DNA of 64,000 bases from Takakia lepidozioides (Eukaryota; Plantae; Bryophyta). Made by a program: the position numbers and the translations under genes. The notes beneath the pieces were generated by a model. It saw nothing but the letters and a program-made list of their open reading frames with translations. It ran no database searches and was not told the origin of the DNA. Of this stretch, positions 38,201 through 51,248 are shown one piece after another; position 1 is the first letter of the stretch; each line of letters starts with the position of its first letter. Where the stretch lies: assembly GCA_030704615.1 (NCBI GenBank), contig CM060733.1, forward strand, positions 35,154,001 to 35,218,000. Direction: 5' to 3'.

Positions 38201-39744
38201 CTGCAACGTATGACTAATATCAGATACCCTAAGTTAATCGACTTTATATCTTGGAAGCAGGATCATGGGCCTGTCAAACAGGCTAAGTCCTGGCGGAAGA
38301 GGGTACAAGAGATTCTCAAGAATCTGAATCTTAAGTCCGCAAGTCCTGACCCGCTGCATAAAATCTGACTTAGAGGCTGTATGTCCAAAGCCATCTGTTG
38401 CTACCTCAAGGGTTTACCCACTCTCTCATACAGCCTACCTTTAAACAGCAAACAGATGCAGAGAGGAAGGGGATTGCAAGTGCCTGTGGTGTGGGCAACC
38501 TGAAGACAAAATTCATTTTCTGATTCATTGTCCTTGGTACTCACCAGAGAGACGCCCTCTTCTAATCCATCAAGGGATTTGTGCCTGTACCTCTGTTTAC
38601 CAACTTTGAAAATCTCAAGGCTGACCCAAAGCTCTGGCCCTTTTGGGGCCTAGTTATTGGGCAAATCGTACACAGCAGATCGATGCTTGTGTAAAGGGAT
38701 TTTTAGAGGATCTCTGGAAAACTCGGATCAATTGTCTGTTCCAAGGTAAGTCATACTATCAGCATCAGCCCCTGACAAAGGTAGTTTCTGTCTCTTTGTG
38801 TTCCGCTCAAACTGGGCGCTGGGTCAATGACCACAAGGGTACGGGAAACAACGTCTTATGAGTACATTCTTTCCAGTAGAACTGCTTACTGATTAAATGT
38901 ATGAATTTCCAGAGCTAAGACAGATTGAGGCAGCGAGGGAACCTGGAGGCAGTACTGAACTGGACAGACACAAGGCAGATGAAGTACACATGGCGCGTTA
39001 TCCAAGAAAGTATGCGCACAGTACCAGTGGTGCCACTCCTCTTTCGGGAGGCTATTACCGATTTTGAGTTCGATGGCTTTACAATTCCCAAGGGTGGAAG
39101 GTACATCCCGCTCAGATCCACCCACTAGCATCTAATTCCCAATATTGGGCTCCAATGGTCCAAGCACTCTTTTGTCATGGGCTTCATCGATCAAAACCAC
39201 TTAACCTTATCAGTTCAAGTGTCAATAACTCGTCCAACACAATCAGCACTGTCGGATATCACAGTAACTCGCATGATTATGCTCCTCACGCTTTCTGAGG
39301 ACTAGGCCCAAAATAGCTCATAGATTTACAATCCTCGATTGAGGAAAGCTCATTTCTGATGCGAGAGATCTTAACATCAGTTTGTTGTGTTTAGCAGGTG
39401 ATGTTTTCATCACATCGCTCCAACATGGCCCGGAGTACTTTCCTGAACCACGCAACTTTGACCCCTCCCGATTCGAAGGTACGGGACCTCCTCAGTACAC
39501 GTTTATACCCTTTGGAGGAGGTATACACAGCTGCCCTGGCTATGAGTTGGCGCGGTTGGCGATGTTGGTGTTTGTGGATCAACTGGTTAGACGCTTACAA
39601 TGGTCACTTGTCGACCCCAATGAGGAAATCACCGCCACCCCTCTTCCCACGTCTGAAAAGGGGCTGCTCTTGAGATTGCAAAGAGATGCCTGTAGCGCAG
39701 AGGACCTTGACTGCAGAGGACCTTGCTTGTGGCTCCTTCCATAA
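35271..39744 (+). CDS. Cytochrome P450, CYP85 clan (CYP716-like N-terminus), six exons; frameshifted as assembled
   Basis: Approximate exons: 35271-35485 (PPLPPG..GFPVIGETL), 35803-35997 (KYGVVFKTSL...AGNKFVFANENKLV), 36470-36831, 37086-37300 (QDLLSVLL; FAG-HETT I-helix), 38912-39100 (ESMR; PKGWK), 39398-39744 (FDPSRF; PFGGGIHSCPG heme motif). Confidence 0.9.
37360..37463. mobile_element. MITE-like fold-back element in P450 intron 4
   Basis: Terminal inverted repeats GTAAGAGGTAAAGC...GGACTTTCCTG / CAGGAAAGTCC...GCTTTACCTCTTAC, about 37-bp arms; possible TA target duplication. Confidence 0.55.
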
Positions 39745-40435
39745 TCCCAAGTTTACTAGGACGATCAAACAAATTACCGCCACATCATGCAATAGTTAGT
39801 ACTAAGTTCCTTCTGGATCTAGTAATTTTGCCACTTGCGCAATGTCTGGGGTGTCCATGTAGAAAGTGCTATGCAGTTTTCTGTGAGGGAAAGACTGACA
39901 TTATCCATATTAAGCATGTGCTGTTCAAGCAAAATGGGCTCCTGTAAGTAGCAAGGTCCAGGGTGATAGAATTTTTCAACAATATGGCTCAATGAAATAT
40001 GGTGTCATGGAAGGCGATGATCGAGAGTCTTTCGAGATCTATGAGCAAATGGTCATAACTTGTCACGGTCTGCATAATAATAGCTCATGTTCTTGGCACA
40101 TTTTGTACATTCATGTGTTGAAGAGTGTCACAGGTCACAATCTACTAGAGAGATACAAAGATTTCTTGGGCAGGAAGTTTCAGAGTAGAGCCTCTTAGCA
40201 CCACTGACTGCTAATGAATGAGAGTCTGCTACTGACTGCATGAGAGTCATACACTCATGAGAGAATGCCACATGCTAGCATTCTCTCAGTGCTCTCATGA
40301 TTCTACACAACGACGTGCTATGTCTGTGCGTGCTACTGCATTTACAAGATGCTCTCGACATATCCCAGCTGCGAGATACACGCCTTTTTCTACGATATGG
40401 TAGTAAGTGATTAGTAACTAAAGACGAGCTGCAAT

Positions 40436-42134
40436 TCAAATACGTATTGCCTCTATAAACTTCTCCATAGCTCTCGGAGGGAGTCCGATCAGCACTTTCA
40501 AATTTTCTTTTCCCCCTCACTTCCATCTGGCAATGTAAAGTAAACTGCCTCAGGCGCAGGCCTCGAGTGAGAGGTCCATTGTAAAATGGCTTTCCCCACC
40601 CAAGGTCAAGCTCATAGTACGGCAATCGGGACCAGTCCGAAATTGCAAATGAGTAATTGACCGAAGTTGGCCTCTTCTTTACGTCCCTCCATGTAATCAA
40701 GTACGGATCTCAAGTATTTGTCTGTGATCAAGCAATCCCTTCTTGTATAAGGCCCACTGCATAAGACAGAGGCTTGGATAGGAGCTCATCAGCTGTGGTC
40801 ATAGCGCAAGCTGCATAAGATGAGTTACCAACATAGTCGGACGGAACGGGCGGAGAAACTTTGAACGAACGTCAAACTGCCACGAGGAGTCTGGTTTCTT
40901 GGGATGGCTCCATTCCAGTGCTTTCGTGCGCGCGCGCCAAACATGGGCTGCGAGCGTCTCAAAAGTGGAGCACTTGCTCACATATCCCCCAGGCTGTCCC
41001 AATATTTGTTGTCTTAACTCTGTGAGGGTTTCGGGTGAAATGGAAAGTGTTGTATACAAAATCATCACCCAAGACATTTTCTGCCAGATCCATCTCGTCA
41101 TATTCATGGTGTGGAAAGTCAATCTGACGTGGAGTTTCGTGGGCGAAAGATTGTACGGTCTAAGAATGGAGCACTCAGGGGTACTGTCTCCACGCACTAT
41201 AGCAGCCCAAGCATGTAGGAACTGTATGAATGCGATGCCGTCCATAAACGCATGGTTAAGGCCACGCCGAATGCGAACCCACCACACCTGAACCTTGTCG
41301 CCTGCTAGCACGGAGGGGGGGATTCAACAAAAACTTAGCTGTTTCTGATTCAAGTTGAGGACTCAGACATGCAGTAGTGAGCATGTCCGACATACAATAT
41401 TGTGACATATTATATGAATCTAAAAGACTAGTTCGGTCGCCGTCTATTTACTGAGCAAATCAGTGCCAATTGGACTCATTAAGAGTGCAGGCATTTGAGG
41501 AAGATGCGTTCACATCCTAATCTAGTATGCGTTAATCAAATTTCCTCTATTCTGGAAAGTTTTAAAAAATACTTACAGTGTTGCAGGAAGTTTTAATAAT
41601 CGGGCACTACATGCGATGCATATATGGCAACCATGAAACAAAATTTTGACATCAGCTATGAGTTACCTGAATAACCAACGCAGGGGTCACAAGTTGCTGA
41701 TGCAATGCGTCCTGATTCTTTGCCTCTGGAACAAAGAAGACCAGTTGCATCAATCTCGGATCGGGCTTGCCAGGCTCGGTGCATTTTTCCAAGTCAGATA
41801 TGTCGGCATCTGCCTCAGCTTCCACAAACACGACCCTTTGTGCCATTACAGCAGTTGAGTCGAGTTCCCCCTCCAACTGACTGAAGCCTTCCTGCTAGAT
41901 GGTAATACGGGACAAGTACCTTCGAAAGTGCCTCTCTCATCGCTTTTGCTAACATTGTCATGGTTTACGGTAGGATTGGCATGATACAATGAAACAGCGT
42001 TCATTGTAAAAAAGCAGGGGCTGATCCATGTTGGAAAGATACATCACATGATTTCTAGTAGGAACAGCTGGTACAACCAAAGTTGGGTGGTCTTTCAAGA
42101 TCACTTGGAGCTTGGGCTCAGCTACGATGTCCAT
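40436..42134 (-). CDS. BAHD acyltransferase, left-arm copy; frameshifted as assembled
   Basis: Reverse complement of the intact 61368-63064 copy apart from mostly single-base indels; NHAFMDG and DLGWG present; one intron. Confidence 0.85.
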
Positions 42135-42621
42135 GCTTTCCTGAAGTTTTTTTCGTCCAGAATGGAAGCGAGAACTTCAAATCTGGATGTCCAAGATGTT
42201 TCGGAAGCTGAGAGCATTCAAAAACCCCAAAACGGAATTACAGGTGAGATACTTCGGACCTTCCTCGTTCCTGACCTAGTTGCACATCTCGGACTTGAGC
42301 TACAGCTGTACAACTTTCAGCCCTCTGCCTATCCTCGATATCGTTCTTGCTTGTGACTGTTGGCCAGAAGCATTCAAGCTACAACGCCCCTGAAAACATG
42401 ATGAACTGCTAAGCAGTGCTGGTCTTCGCCGGCACCTCTTCTATAGGCTCCAATAAAGTTGATGGGATTTGGAGGAGCCTCTGAATTTTGTGGGCCCTCG
42501 TCGTAATGAGGTTGGTCTGGAAGTGGGACCCGCCAATGGTAAGCGCCTATTCACTTGCCAAACTTTGCCCTATACCCTACACGCAGGGCCTTGTCCCTTA
42601 GGGGCCTTACCCCTAAAGGAC

Positions 42622-43736
42622 GAGCCTGCTTTTTGTGGGCCCTGTCCAAAACCAGACATACCCTCATGGGTGAGGGTATAAGCTTATCTCTCATTTGAAC
42701 ACATCCCACCGTACCAAAGTGATCCTACCTACTTCATGCACCTCATGTAAAAATCTCAGGAGATTTGACCGTCAATTAGGAAGATTATTAGCTAGGCCAA
42801 ATTTCCTACCATTTTTCTTTACCATTTACCGTTTCATAGTGAGTTTGTTTTTTAAGAAATGAAGGGAAAACCTGGGAGTGACAGCTCACAAATCAGGCCC
42901 CTAATACTGAGAGGAGAAAATAACCTCTTTCATAGTAACCTCGCAGTGAAGGCTTTCTCTGATGGGACACTGCCCAAGGGAAGGGGAGGAGAGCATACCG
43001 CACCCCTCATGTAGCAGGATTTGACCCGAGAAACATCTGGTGTCACTCGGTGCGCACTAACCAACTGAGCTACTGACCGTTAGTGGAAAATTGGTTTGAC
43101 CAAGCACATGGCTTACCATTTAGAATTTGCTCTGATACAGGCTGTACCCAGATTCTATTGTATGGCAACCTACAGCATGTCCACCCAAATCTAGAGCAAA
43201 ATGCCAAAATTCAAAATGGTTGCTTTGTATGGGAAACAAGGGGTAAAAATGGCCATTTCTCCCCAAATCACCCTAAACGTGTCCCAATTTTGAGGAAACA
43301 AAACTCCTCTTCATGCTCTTGCTTGCCTTTTTTTCTTTTTTTTTGACGATAAAGGGGAACGGACTTGCCTTATACTCACTACCCTGAAAGAAATGAAACA
43401 TCCTAAGCTATTTACAGGCAGAGATTGCAAAAGAAAGGATTTCCTACTTGAATCCAAACTCAGCCGACTATCGGCTCAGATAATCGCGGCAAGGAAAAGG
43501 GGCCACGCCATCTAAAGCGATGAACTGTTTTTGTGTGAGCCCGTTAATTTTGTGGGCCCCTGCTGACAAACCCTTCGCCCGCAAATGCCGAGACTCAGCC
43601 CCATTTGCCTGCCACGTGGTAAAGTCAACCCTGCTGGAGGGCCCCAACCATCAAAATTTTGGGTGTCCGTGCGCAGTCCAAAAATTTCTGACGGCAGTCC
43701 TTTAGGTTTTTTAGGGTGCCATCAACGCAAGGGGTG
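42622..43736 (-). repeat. Dispersed repeat copy B with SINE at 42842-43080
   Basis: Same sequence as 1-1094 with indels; TAGTG duplication at 42837-42841 and 43081-43085. Confidence 0.8.
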
Positions 43737-43789
43737 AACTCTCTTTTGCCTGAAATGCAAAGCCATTCTCAAAACACTCCTGACCTTGG

Positions 43790-46700
43790 ATAATTTAGTG
43801 CGCATAAGTAGTAACACACTGCTTCGAGTAAGGAAATGACAGGTCTGAATCGCTTAGACAATCCAAGGTATCATCGAGTTGGACGTTGGGGTCTGCTGGA
43901 GCGGTAACAGGTGTGCAGTGGTCAAACCCAAAGCATGGAGAATTTTCTTGACATAGATGGATTGGTCAATCCAAAAAGCTTATGCGCAAGATCTCGTATG
44001 ATGATGTGGAGACCAACATACACGTCTGCAACAGATGTAGAGACTTCAAATTCTTTTTCCATGTGCGAGATCATACATGTCAGTTTGTCCGTGTGAATGC
44101 AACCCAAGGCCGTTGTCAACAAAGATGGTCGTGAAGAGAAGAGGCAGCAGCCGACTAGAGTATACGCAAGGATCCGCATCAGTAGGGTGCAGATCTTACT
44201 GTGTGGGAAATTGTGAACTTTCTGATTCTAAACCCTGGAAGATTGTTGAGCCCGTAAAGACTCTCGCGTAAACGGCAACCTTCCCTGCTTCATCCCCAGG
44301 GGTTGCAAAGCCTTAGGCTGTAGCATGTAGATTTCCTCCTCCAAGTGCCCGTACAAAAATGTTGTCTTTATATCGAATTGGACAATGTCTATATCTTGCT
44401 GGGCAGCAATGAGAGCACAGTCCTGATCGGCTCATATTTAAAACTGGGGAAAACATTTGATCGTAGTCCACGCCATATTGTTGGTTGTAGCCTTTGGCCA
44501 CGAGTCGACCTCGTATTTTGCAATGGCCCTTGTAGATGTTGTCTTTATTTTGTATATCCACTTACACGAAAATGGCCTTGCGGCCAGGAGGTAAGTGTGT
44601 CAAGACCCGGTTTCGTATTAAGGACTGGAATTCTTGCCTTTTTGCCATTCAGCAGAAATCAGGACAGCTCAGAAAATGTGACAGGCTCTTCTGGCAAGCT
44701 GTTTGGTTTCTACACGCCTGCAAAGGAGCTCACGTAGTAATCTTTAAAGCCTCTCAGGTGGTCCCGAAGTCGTTGGGTCGTCCATGGGGCTGCTGATTAG
44801 CCAATTGATCACCATCACTGTTGGGAGCTTTGGTTGGCCAAGTTAAGCTCTTGAACCACAACTTCTTCTTCGGCAGAGTCTCAAGTGGTTCGGCTGCAGT
44901 GGCCGGAGCGGACTCATCAATAGCCGCTGGTTTGATGATCTTCATGCTGACTTCGTAGAATAGTCCTGATGCTTCATCGAGGCGATTGGCAGCGTCATGG
45001 GTTAATGAGAACTCGTCAAAAAAGACGTCGCGGCATATCATAATTCGATGTTTCTTGGCATCCCAGAGACGATAGGCCTTAGAGTGGGAGAAACACCCAA
45101 CAAAAATGGTCCTAAGGCTCTTAGAATCTAGTTTCTTTATGAGCTCTTTGGGGATGTGTGCATAGGCAATGCTCCCGAACACAGGTAAATGACCCACAGT
45201 GGGGTGTATGGCCTACCATAATACGTAGGGTGTCACTCTCCGTTGTGAACTCGGACCTGAACGGTTGAGTACGTAGGCTGCCGTTTAAGCCGCCTCCCCC
45301 CAAAATTGCAACTTAATCTCTTGGCATGTAGCATGCTGCGAATAGACTCGACCAGGGTTCTAGTCCTCTCACTCTGCAGATTCCGTTTCTGCTCGGGGTA
45401 TGTGGGTGGTGGTCTCATGGCGAATCCCGGCGTATCTGGTGAACTCGGTGCTCAAATACTCGCCTCCCCTGTCACTACATAGCTTTGAAATCCGTTCCGA
45501 GTCTCTCTCTCAAAGTTGTCGCTTCAAGCTGCTTGAAGGCGTCGAAGACCTTTGATTTATTAGGGATGCATACACAAAACGGTATCCACTAAAATCATCC
45601 TTAAAAATAGCAAAGTATATTACGGATGCAATACACAAAACGGTATCCACTAAAATCATCCTTAAAAAGAGCAAAAGTATCATGCCCCTCCAAATGAGTT
45701 GACACTCATTGGCCCCAAACATCACTGTGGAAGAATTCGCCAGCTTTTTTGTGCGCGGAGTGCCGATGAACGGACTGGGAATGGCTACTTCTGGTCTTTC
45801 CGAAGGCACAACCTTCGCACAGACCAGGCTCACAGTCCTTGGTTGCAAGCTGCAGACCTATAACCACGTCGTTCTTCACCATCTGAATATCATGTTGTTG
45901 TTGTTGACATGCCAAAACGCTCGTGCCACACACCGAGCTTTTGGTAGTAGGCATTTTCCCATTGGGAGTCAAATCTGGATTGGTGAGGGCAACATTGGCC
46001 TTGCTTGTGGGCTTCACCGCCCTAAGCTACATCCATACAGTTTGTCAGATTGAATGTCAGTCAACACAACTTGCCTCGTCCTTCTTGGCTAGTGAGGAAA
46101 CATTCCCTCGCCTGTAGGTGGTCACAAATCCTTTATCAGCAGCAATTTTCATCAACCAGGCATCGGATTACAATGTTGCCGACACCGCAGACCCAAAGCT
46201 TCCTGTTATCGGGCAATCATAACTGGCCACTTATCGGGACAAATCTCCTCAGAGTGTCAACCACTCGAGATTATCTGTCATATGCTCCGTGGCACCACCA
46301 TCCGCATACCAAATACTGGCAACTTGCTGCTGCTAGATTCGTTGGTGATTGTGACAAGGCAGCGTTGTTGGATTCTTCAGAGGCGATGATTTTCGCTTCA
46401 CTCCTAGATTTCTCATCTTGTTTCTTCTTTTTCACATTCCCTTTCCCAGTGACCTTTGCAATGACAATAATTGCATCTGGTCCTCTTCTTAAAGCTCAGC
46501 TATTCGTTGGGCACGCTTAATTCCCTCCTCAGCTGTGGCACTTTCTGCATGCTGCTGCTGCTGCTTGGGGCGGCTAGAGAAAAAATGCTTTGTCACTTCT
46601 TCCTCGATACATCAGTACACGATTGCGACCTTCCTCCTTCAGCAATCGAAGGGTGAGGATTTTGAGGGTCTGCTGATCGGCGGGGACGCTGTCCCATCAG

Positions 46701-47764
46701 AGACCAAATACCTATAACTTTGTGGCAAGTGCCTATGATCTTGGTCATGACGGCTTGATCTGAAATGGGCTCTCCGAGATCATTGAGCTGTTCGTCGCCA
46801 TGACCTCAATGGTGCTGATGCTGTCGGCAATGTTTATCATCGGATTTCATGCGGAAATCGAAGAACTTCTGCTCGAGCAACGGCAGTTTTCGGCGTTTTG
46901 CTCATGCACGGTGCAAAGCGTCACCACATCTGTTGGGAGGACCTGCACATCATCAATTGCCGCAAAAACTTAGTATCCTTAGAAGAACAAATGAAGGATT
47001 GACAAATATATCTTTATCAGTCCACTCATCTTCATTCGCTGCATCCTCTCTGATGGCAATCCCTCAATTATATCAAGTAGCTTCTTGGCACGAAGCATGA
47101 CACTCATCTCGATTTCCACATGCCGAAGTTGTCTCCGGTGACCCACGGCCCTCATGGATCATTCCTCCTGGCGGGCATTTTTGGCTGAGATCGAGATCAA
47201 TTTTAAACTACTGCAGAGAGAAGATAACGCAGAGTAATGTGCTAGTGGAAGTCAGAAGAAAAGAATGGTGTCACAATAGTTACAAGCCTATCTATGGAAG
47301 CTACATGGGTTGTGGGCCCATAACCTATAGAAAATACTAACTAGGGTGGTTAGGGACAGACTTGCCCAGACACGGAATGCCACAAGAACACGAGTAGTGT
47401 TGCTGTAGATTCAGATCACAGTCATGAACTACATAAGCTAGCCTCAGATTCAGATCACAGAGTGAAGTAGGGAAGCTAGCCTCACACTTTGCACACACGA
47501 GATGAACGTTAATGCAAATGGAGAGACATATACCTAGCCTTCCATACCTTAGCATGGGTTAAGGCAGGAACACATGAACATGCTTGGCTATGAGTAAAGT
47601 TAACACATAGTAGGCCATATGTTATGAGTGGGCAAACTTGTAGGCGGCAGATCAAAAAGTGGATTGTGGCATTTTCTAAGCCATAGGTATATTTGAGTCT
47701 CTATGTGAACAAGGCCATGCAGAGTGCCAACTAGTCTGCAGGTGCTGTTTCTAGATTTTCTACA
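43790..47764 (-). mobile_element. Ty1/Copia element copy B (indel-rich)
   Basis: Direct copy of 1140-5148; LTR 47326-47764; PBS 47313-47325. Confidence 0.9.
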
Positions 47765-50700
47765 TGTTGTCTCCAGAGGATGGTGGAGAAAGATAGAGAA
47801 GTCGATACTGGTGGTGAAGTACGCGGTCCGCCTCCTGACATTATTCTCTTCTTGGCTGCAGAGCACAAAAACATGCATACACCGATAAACGCTTTCTCCG
47901 GTGGACAAGAAAACAGCTGACAAACAGAATTTGGCCAGAGCTAAGATGATGAGAATCTTTAATTAATGGTTCAGTGTCGCAACAAATGGTGAACCTTGCA
48001 ACATTTCTGTTCATGAACACAAGCTCCAGTTTGTTCCCAACTGGAAATGTGACCCCCTTGAAAATTTCCAATTGTTTTTGCAAAAATCTGAAATAGCAAG
48101 CAAGGGCCTTTATGTTCAGTGAACTAGGAACAGTAAACGTTCTACAAAAAGCAAGAAAAGGATACGTATCAGTAAAAACAGCTCTGGCAAACATTTCACA
48201 CAGCCGACACCGAGATCCATGGTTTTAAGAGGAAGTTTAATGGAACCAACTGCCAGTGTGCTTGTTGAGAAATGTTAACAGCTTGGTGTCACATTTATAA
48301 CAGAAAAGCAGTAAAATTATACTCAGACCTCCGCTGTAAGCTCAAATCAGATTGAAGACTATCATTTCTAGACTCGTGCTGGACCTGATTCAGCCTGCAA
48401 ACATTCCAAGCCTTCCTTGACTCTTCTTTGTTCTCAGCAATTCTCAGCATTTTCCTGCCACAATCACAAAGGCAGATATCAACTCCAGGTTCGGACCACA
48501 AAGGTGTAAAGTTTGACAAAACCAGTTAACTTCTGCAGCCAATTGCTTAAAGTTGATAGAAGAGAGATTGAGAAGCAAGATCTTGAGATGACTTACTCTC
48601 CACAAGCCTATAGAGCACTACAAAACATGGAAACTTTTGTCAGCATAAGGACGGAAAATCTATGCACATTTTCCACATGGCATCATCCACATGCAGATTT
48701 AACAAATGCACTCCAGACTTCTCTCATCATCCTCAACGAACTGCTCAATTATTAGGTACTCATAGGAAGACATTTTGCCATAGCTCAATTATAGAGACTC
48801 CCAAACCAAGTCTTTCTTGGGTGCGGAAAAAGGCACTCTTGAGTATGAACAATGATACTGAGAAGTGCAATGCATTAGAATGTAATGAATCCCATTAACA
48901 ACACCGGTTCTTTGACATGGTTTGCAAAAGTTTCAAATCACATCGCCTCTCTGCCATAAACACAGCTGCAGTAGCACAACTATTCAGGTTGTGGATGGAC
49001 CCACTGTTCATTAACTTAACTTCAGCATTGCAAAGTATTTCATGTCACTTCTATTGGAATGAGGGAATTCCTTGTCAGGTGACTAGTATAACAAGGAATG
49101 GCCCAAACCGCTCGGAGTGCCAAGTACTCTTCATCCATTCCTTTGGTTAATCCAGAGATATCTTTGTTGTTAGTGTCCAGCACCAATTCCACGCTGTTGT
49201 GGGCTCTAATTCCATCGTCAACTGCAAAAGATGCACATTGTCACTGTTAACAGACATCAGACGGCTGCTGACATTGAAAAGCAACTGAATAGCAATAGTT
49301 GCTCTCCCATCCTATATTTTCCATAGTTGTATAGAGACTCTGAATTGAGTATACTTCATGGCTTGTAATAGCAAGAAGTAGCCTAGCAGTTCACTCAAAT
49401 AAGCCAAGGGGCATCCACATTCAGTGCCCAACAGGGCAAACCATAGAATGGAGACTTCTGCACACGTTTATAAGAATCCAAATTACCTTGGCACTTATGC
49501 ATGGTTAGGGCCCATGCCGCTTCAATGGAACCTGAAACAATGCATATTTTTTTCCAGCAAAGCATGATCCAACCATACATCTGTGACGACAAGCAGGTCA
49601 GGGAGAAACTCAGTTGCGGTATAGCTGTCAGGTGCCTAGATCCTGATATAGCATATTGACTTTCCAATTTGGTATATTGTGGACAAATTAGTGATCTTCC
49701 GGATCTGTAGTAGAGCCACTATGTGCCGGTTTCACAATCAATCAACCTTCCACACCCAACAAGAAAAGGATCATTGGCATTCTGTACACCTGAAGCCTTT
49801 TGCAATCATCGACATTCAAACAGGGTATTGAACGCTTCTGGGACACAGTCAACCCCCCGCCCTTTTTTGAACTTCACAGTTGGAACCTCCTGAATGTCAC
49901 TTATCTGCAAGATTTTCATATCCCCGCTTCAGTCTCCACTCTTCTGGTTTTTGGTTTGGATGGGGAGGTTGGGACACACACTCCTTTTCTAGACTTCCAC
50001 CTCCCCACAACACACCAAGCGAGCCGTTTACCAGCATCATATCTCTGCTTCCACCAAGCTCCAGGTTTCGCAACAGCATCACCTGCAACACATCGGAGTC
50101 TTTAATTACGGCGTTAAGAGTTCCAAGATCTCTCTGGATGACTTCACATTGGTTTCTTCTTCCTGGTAAGAACTCTCGAGTCTCTGTCTTGACTATGAAG
50201 ATCCTCATTGAACAGAATAATATATTCACTGCAACTGATATTGTAACGTGCTGGTACATGTAGTTCAGTCTCAAGGAATCTTGACAAAAGCAATGTTGTG
50301 GTACTAACAAGCTCTGTACGTCAATTTTCTTGATATTATCTGACTTTCCACATTGAGCCCATTAGAGCCCTTGATGTACTACTCATGACAGACAAATTAA
50401 CATCCACACAGATTCTCACACCTGCGCCAACTTTTAAGAGCTGATTTCTGAAGCGGCCAGGCAGGGTTGACCAAACACATTTTCTTTCACTTTGTTGAAG
50501 CTGAGATTAATGTTCTTCCTGTTCATTTCTCCTCCATGTTCTTCTTTGCACTGTTCCTCTCCCTGTCCTGATTACATCCGTGTGAAGGAATAACACCCTC
50601 TCTTTCGGGTAGCTTTTACTCACTTGCCTTCAGGTTATCCACCTCCTTGTTCCTGCCAAGCCAAATTACCACCTCAATCTGGTTAGTGCTGGACAATAAA

Positions 50701-51245
50701 CTTTTCATTATCTTACTCCAGGATCTTTTGAGAGAGCATATCAAATTTCCTGAAGGAGCTAGAAATATAATTCCTGTTTGCTTTCTCAAAACCCAGGACT
50801 AAAGTCGAACTAAGTCCCTCTGGGTCAGATGCAATTGTTGATTGTAAGCTAAACCCTGCAAACACTCAAGTGATCAGCAATCCCACTCTGCGGAACCCAG
50901 ACGCATCTCTACTCGAGATAAGCAATTTTGGCAGGACCCCCTCATTTTGATTCAAGTGTGGTCTCGAGGCACGCCCGCCTCACAATTTCTTCTTCCAGTG
51001 CTTCTGAATTTCCCCTGTTTACTGATATCATTCAATCCGGACACACTCTATGTCACCACCCGCAACTTGATTTGAAACCCCCCATGTAACTGTAAATCTC
51101 CAATTCGTGGCAGAGATTCCCACACTTTTGTGAGAAAGAAAGATAGGCAAAAAAGATTCATTCATACTATGCCTCACCAAATCAGGTTGAATTTTTTTTT
51201 GATGGTGTAGAGTGAGAAAGACAGTTTTCAAACATGACACCTCCA
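47765..51245 (-). pseudogene. PIF1: PIF1 locus 3' portion, copy B (indel-rich, truncated at the fold-back)
   Basis: Direct copy of ~5149-8646. Confidence 0.75.
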
Positions 51246-51248
51246 GGT

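Noticed and set aside
40200-40300. Short inverted repeats (CATGAGAGAATGC/GCATTCTCTCA) downstream of BAHD as a possible miRNA or terminator
   Set aside because: Stem is short and low-complexity, with no further support.
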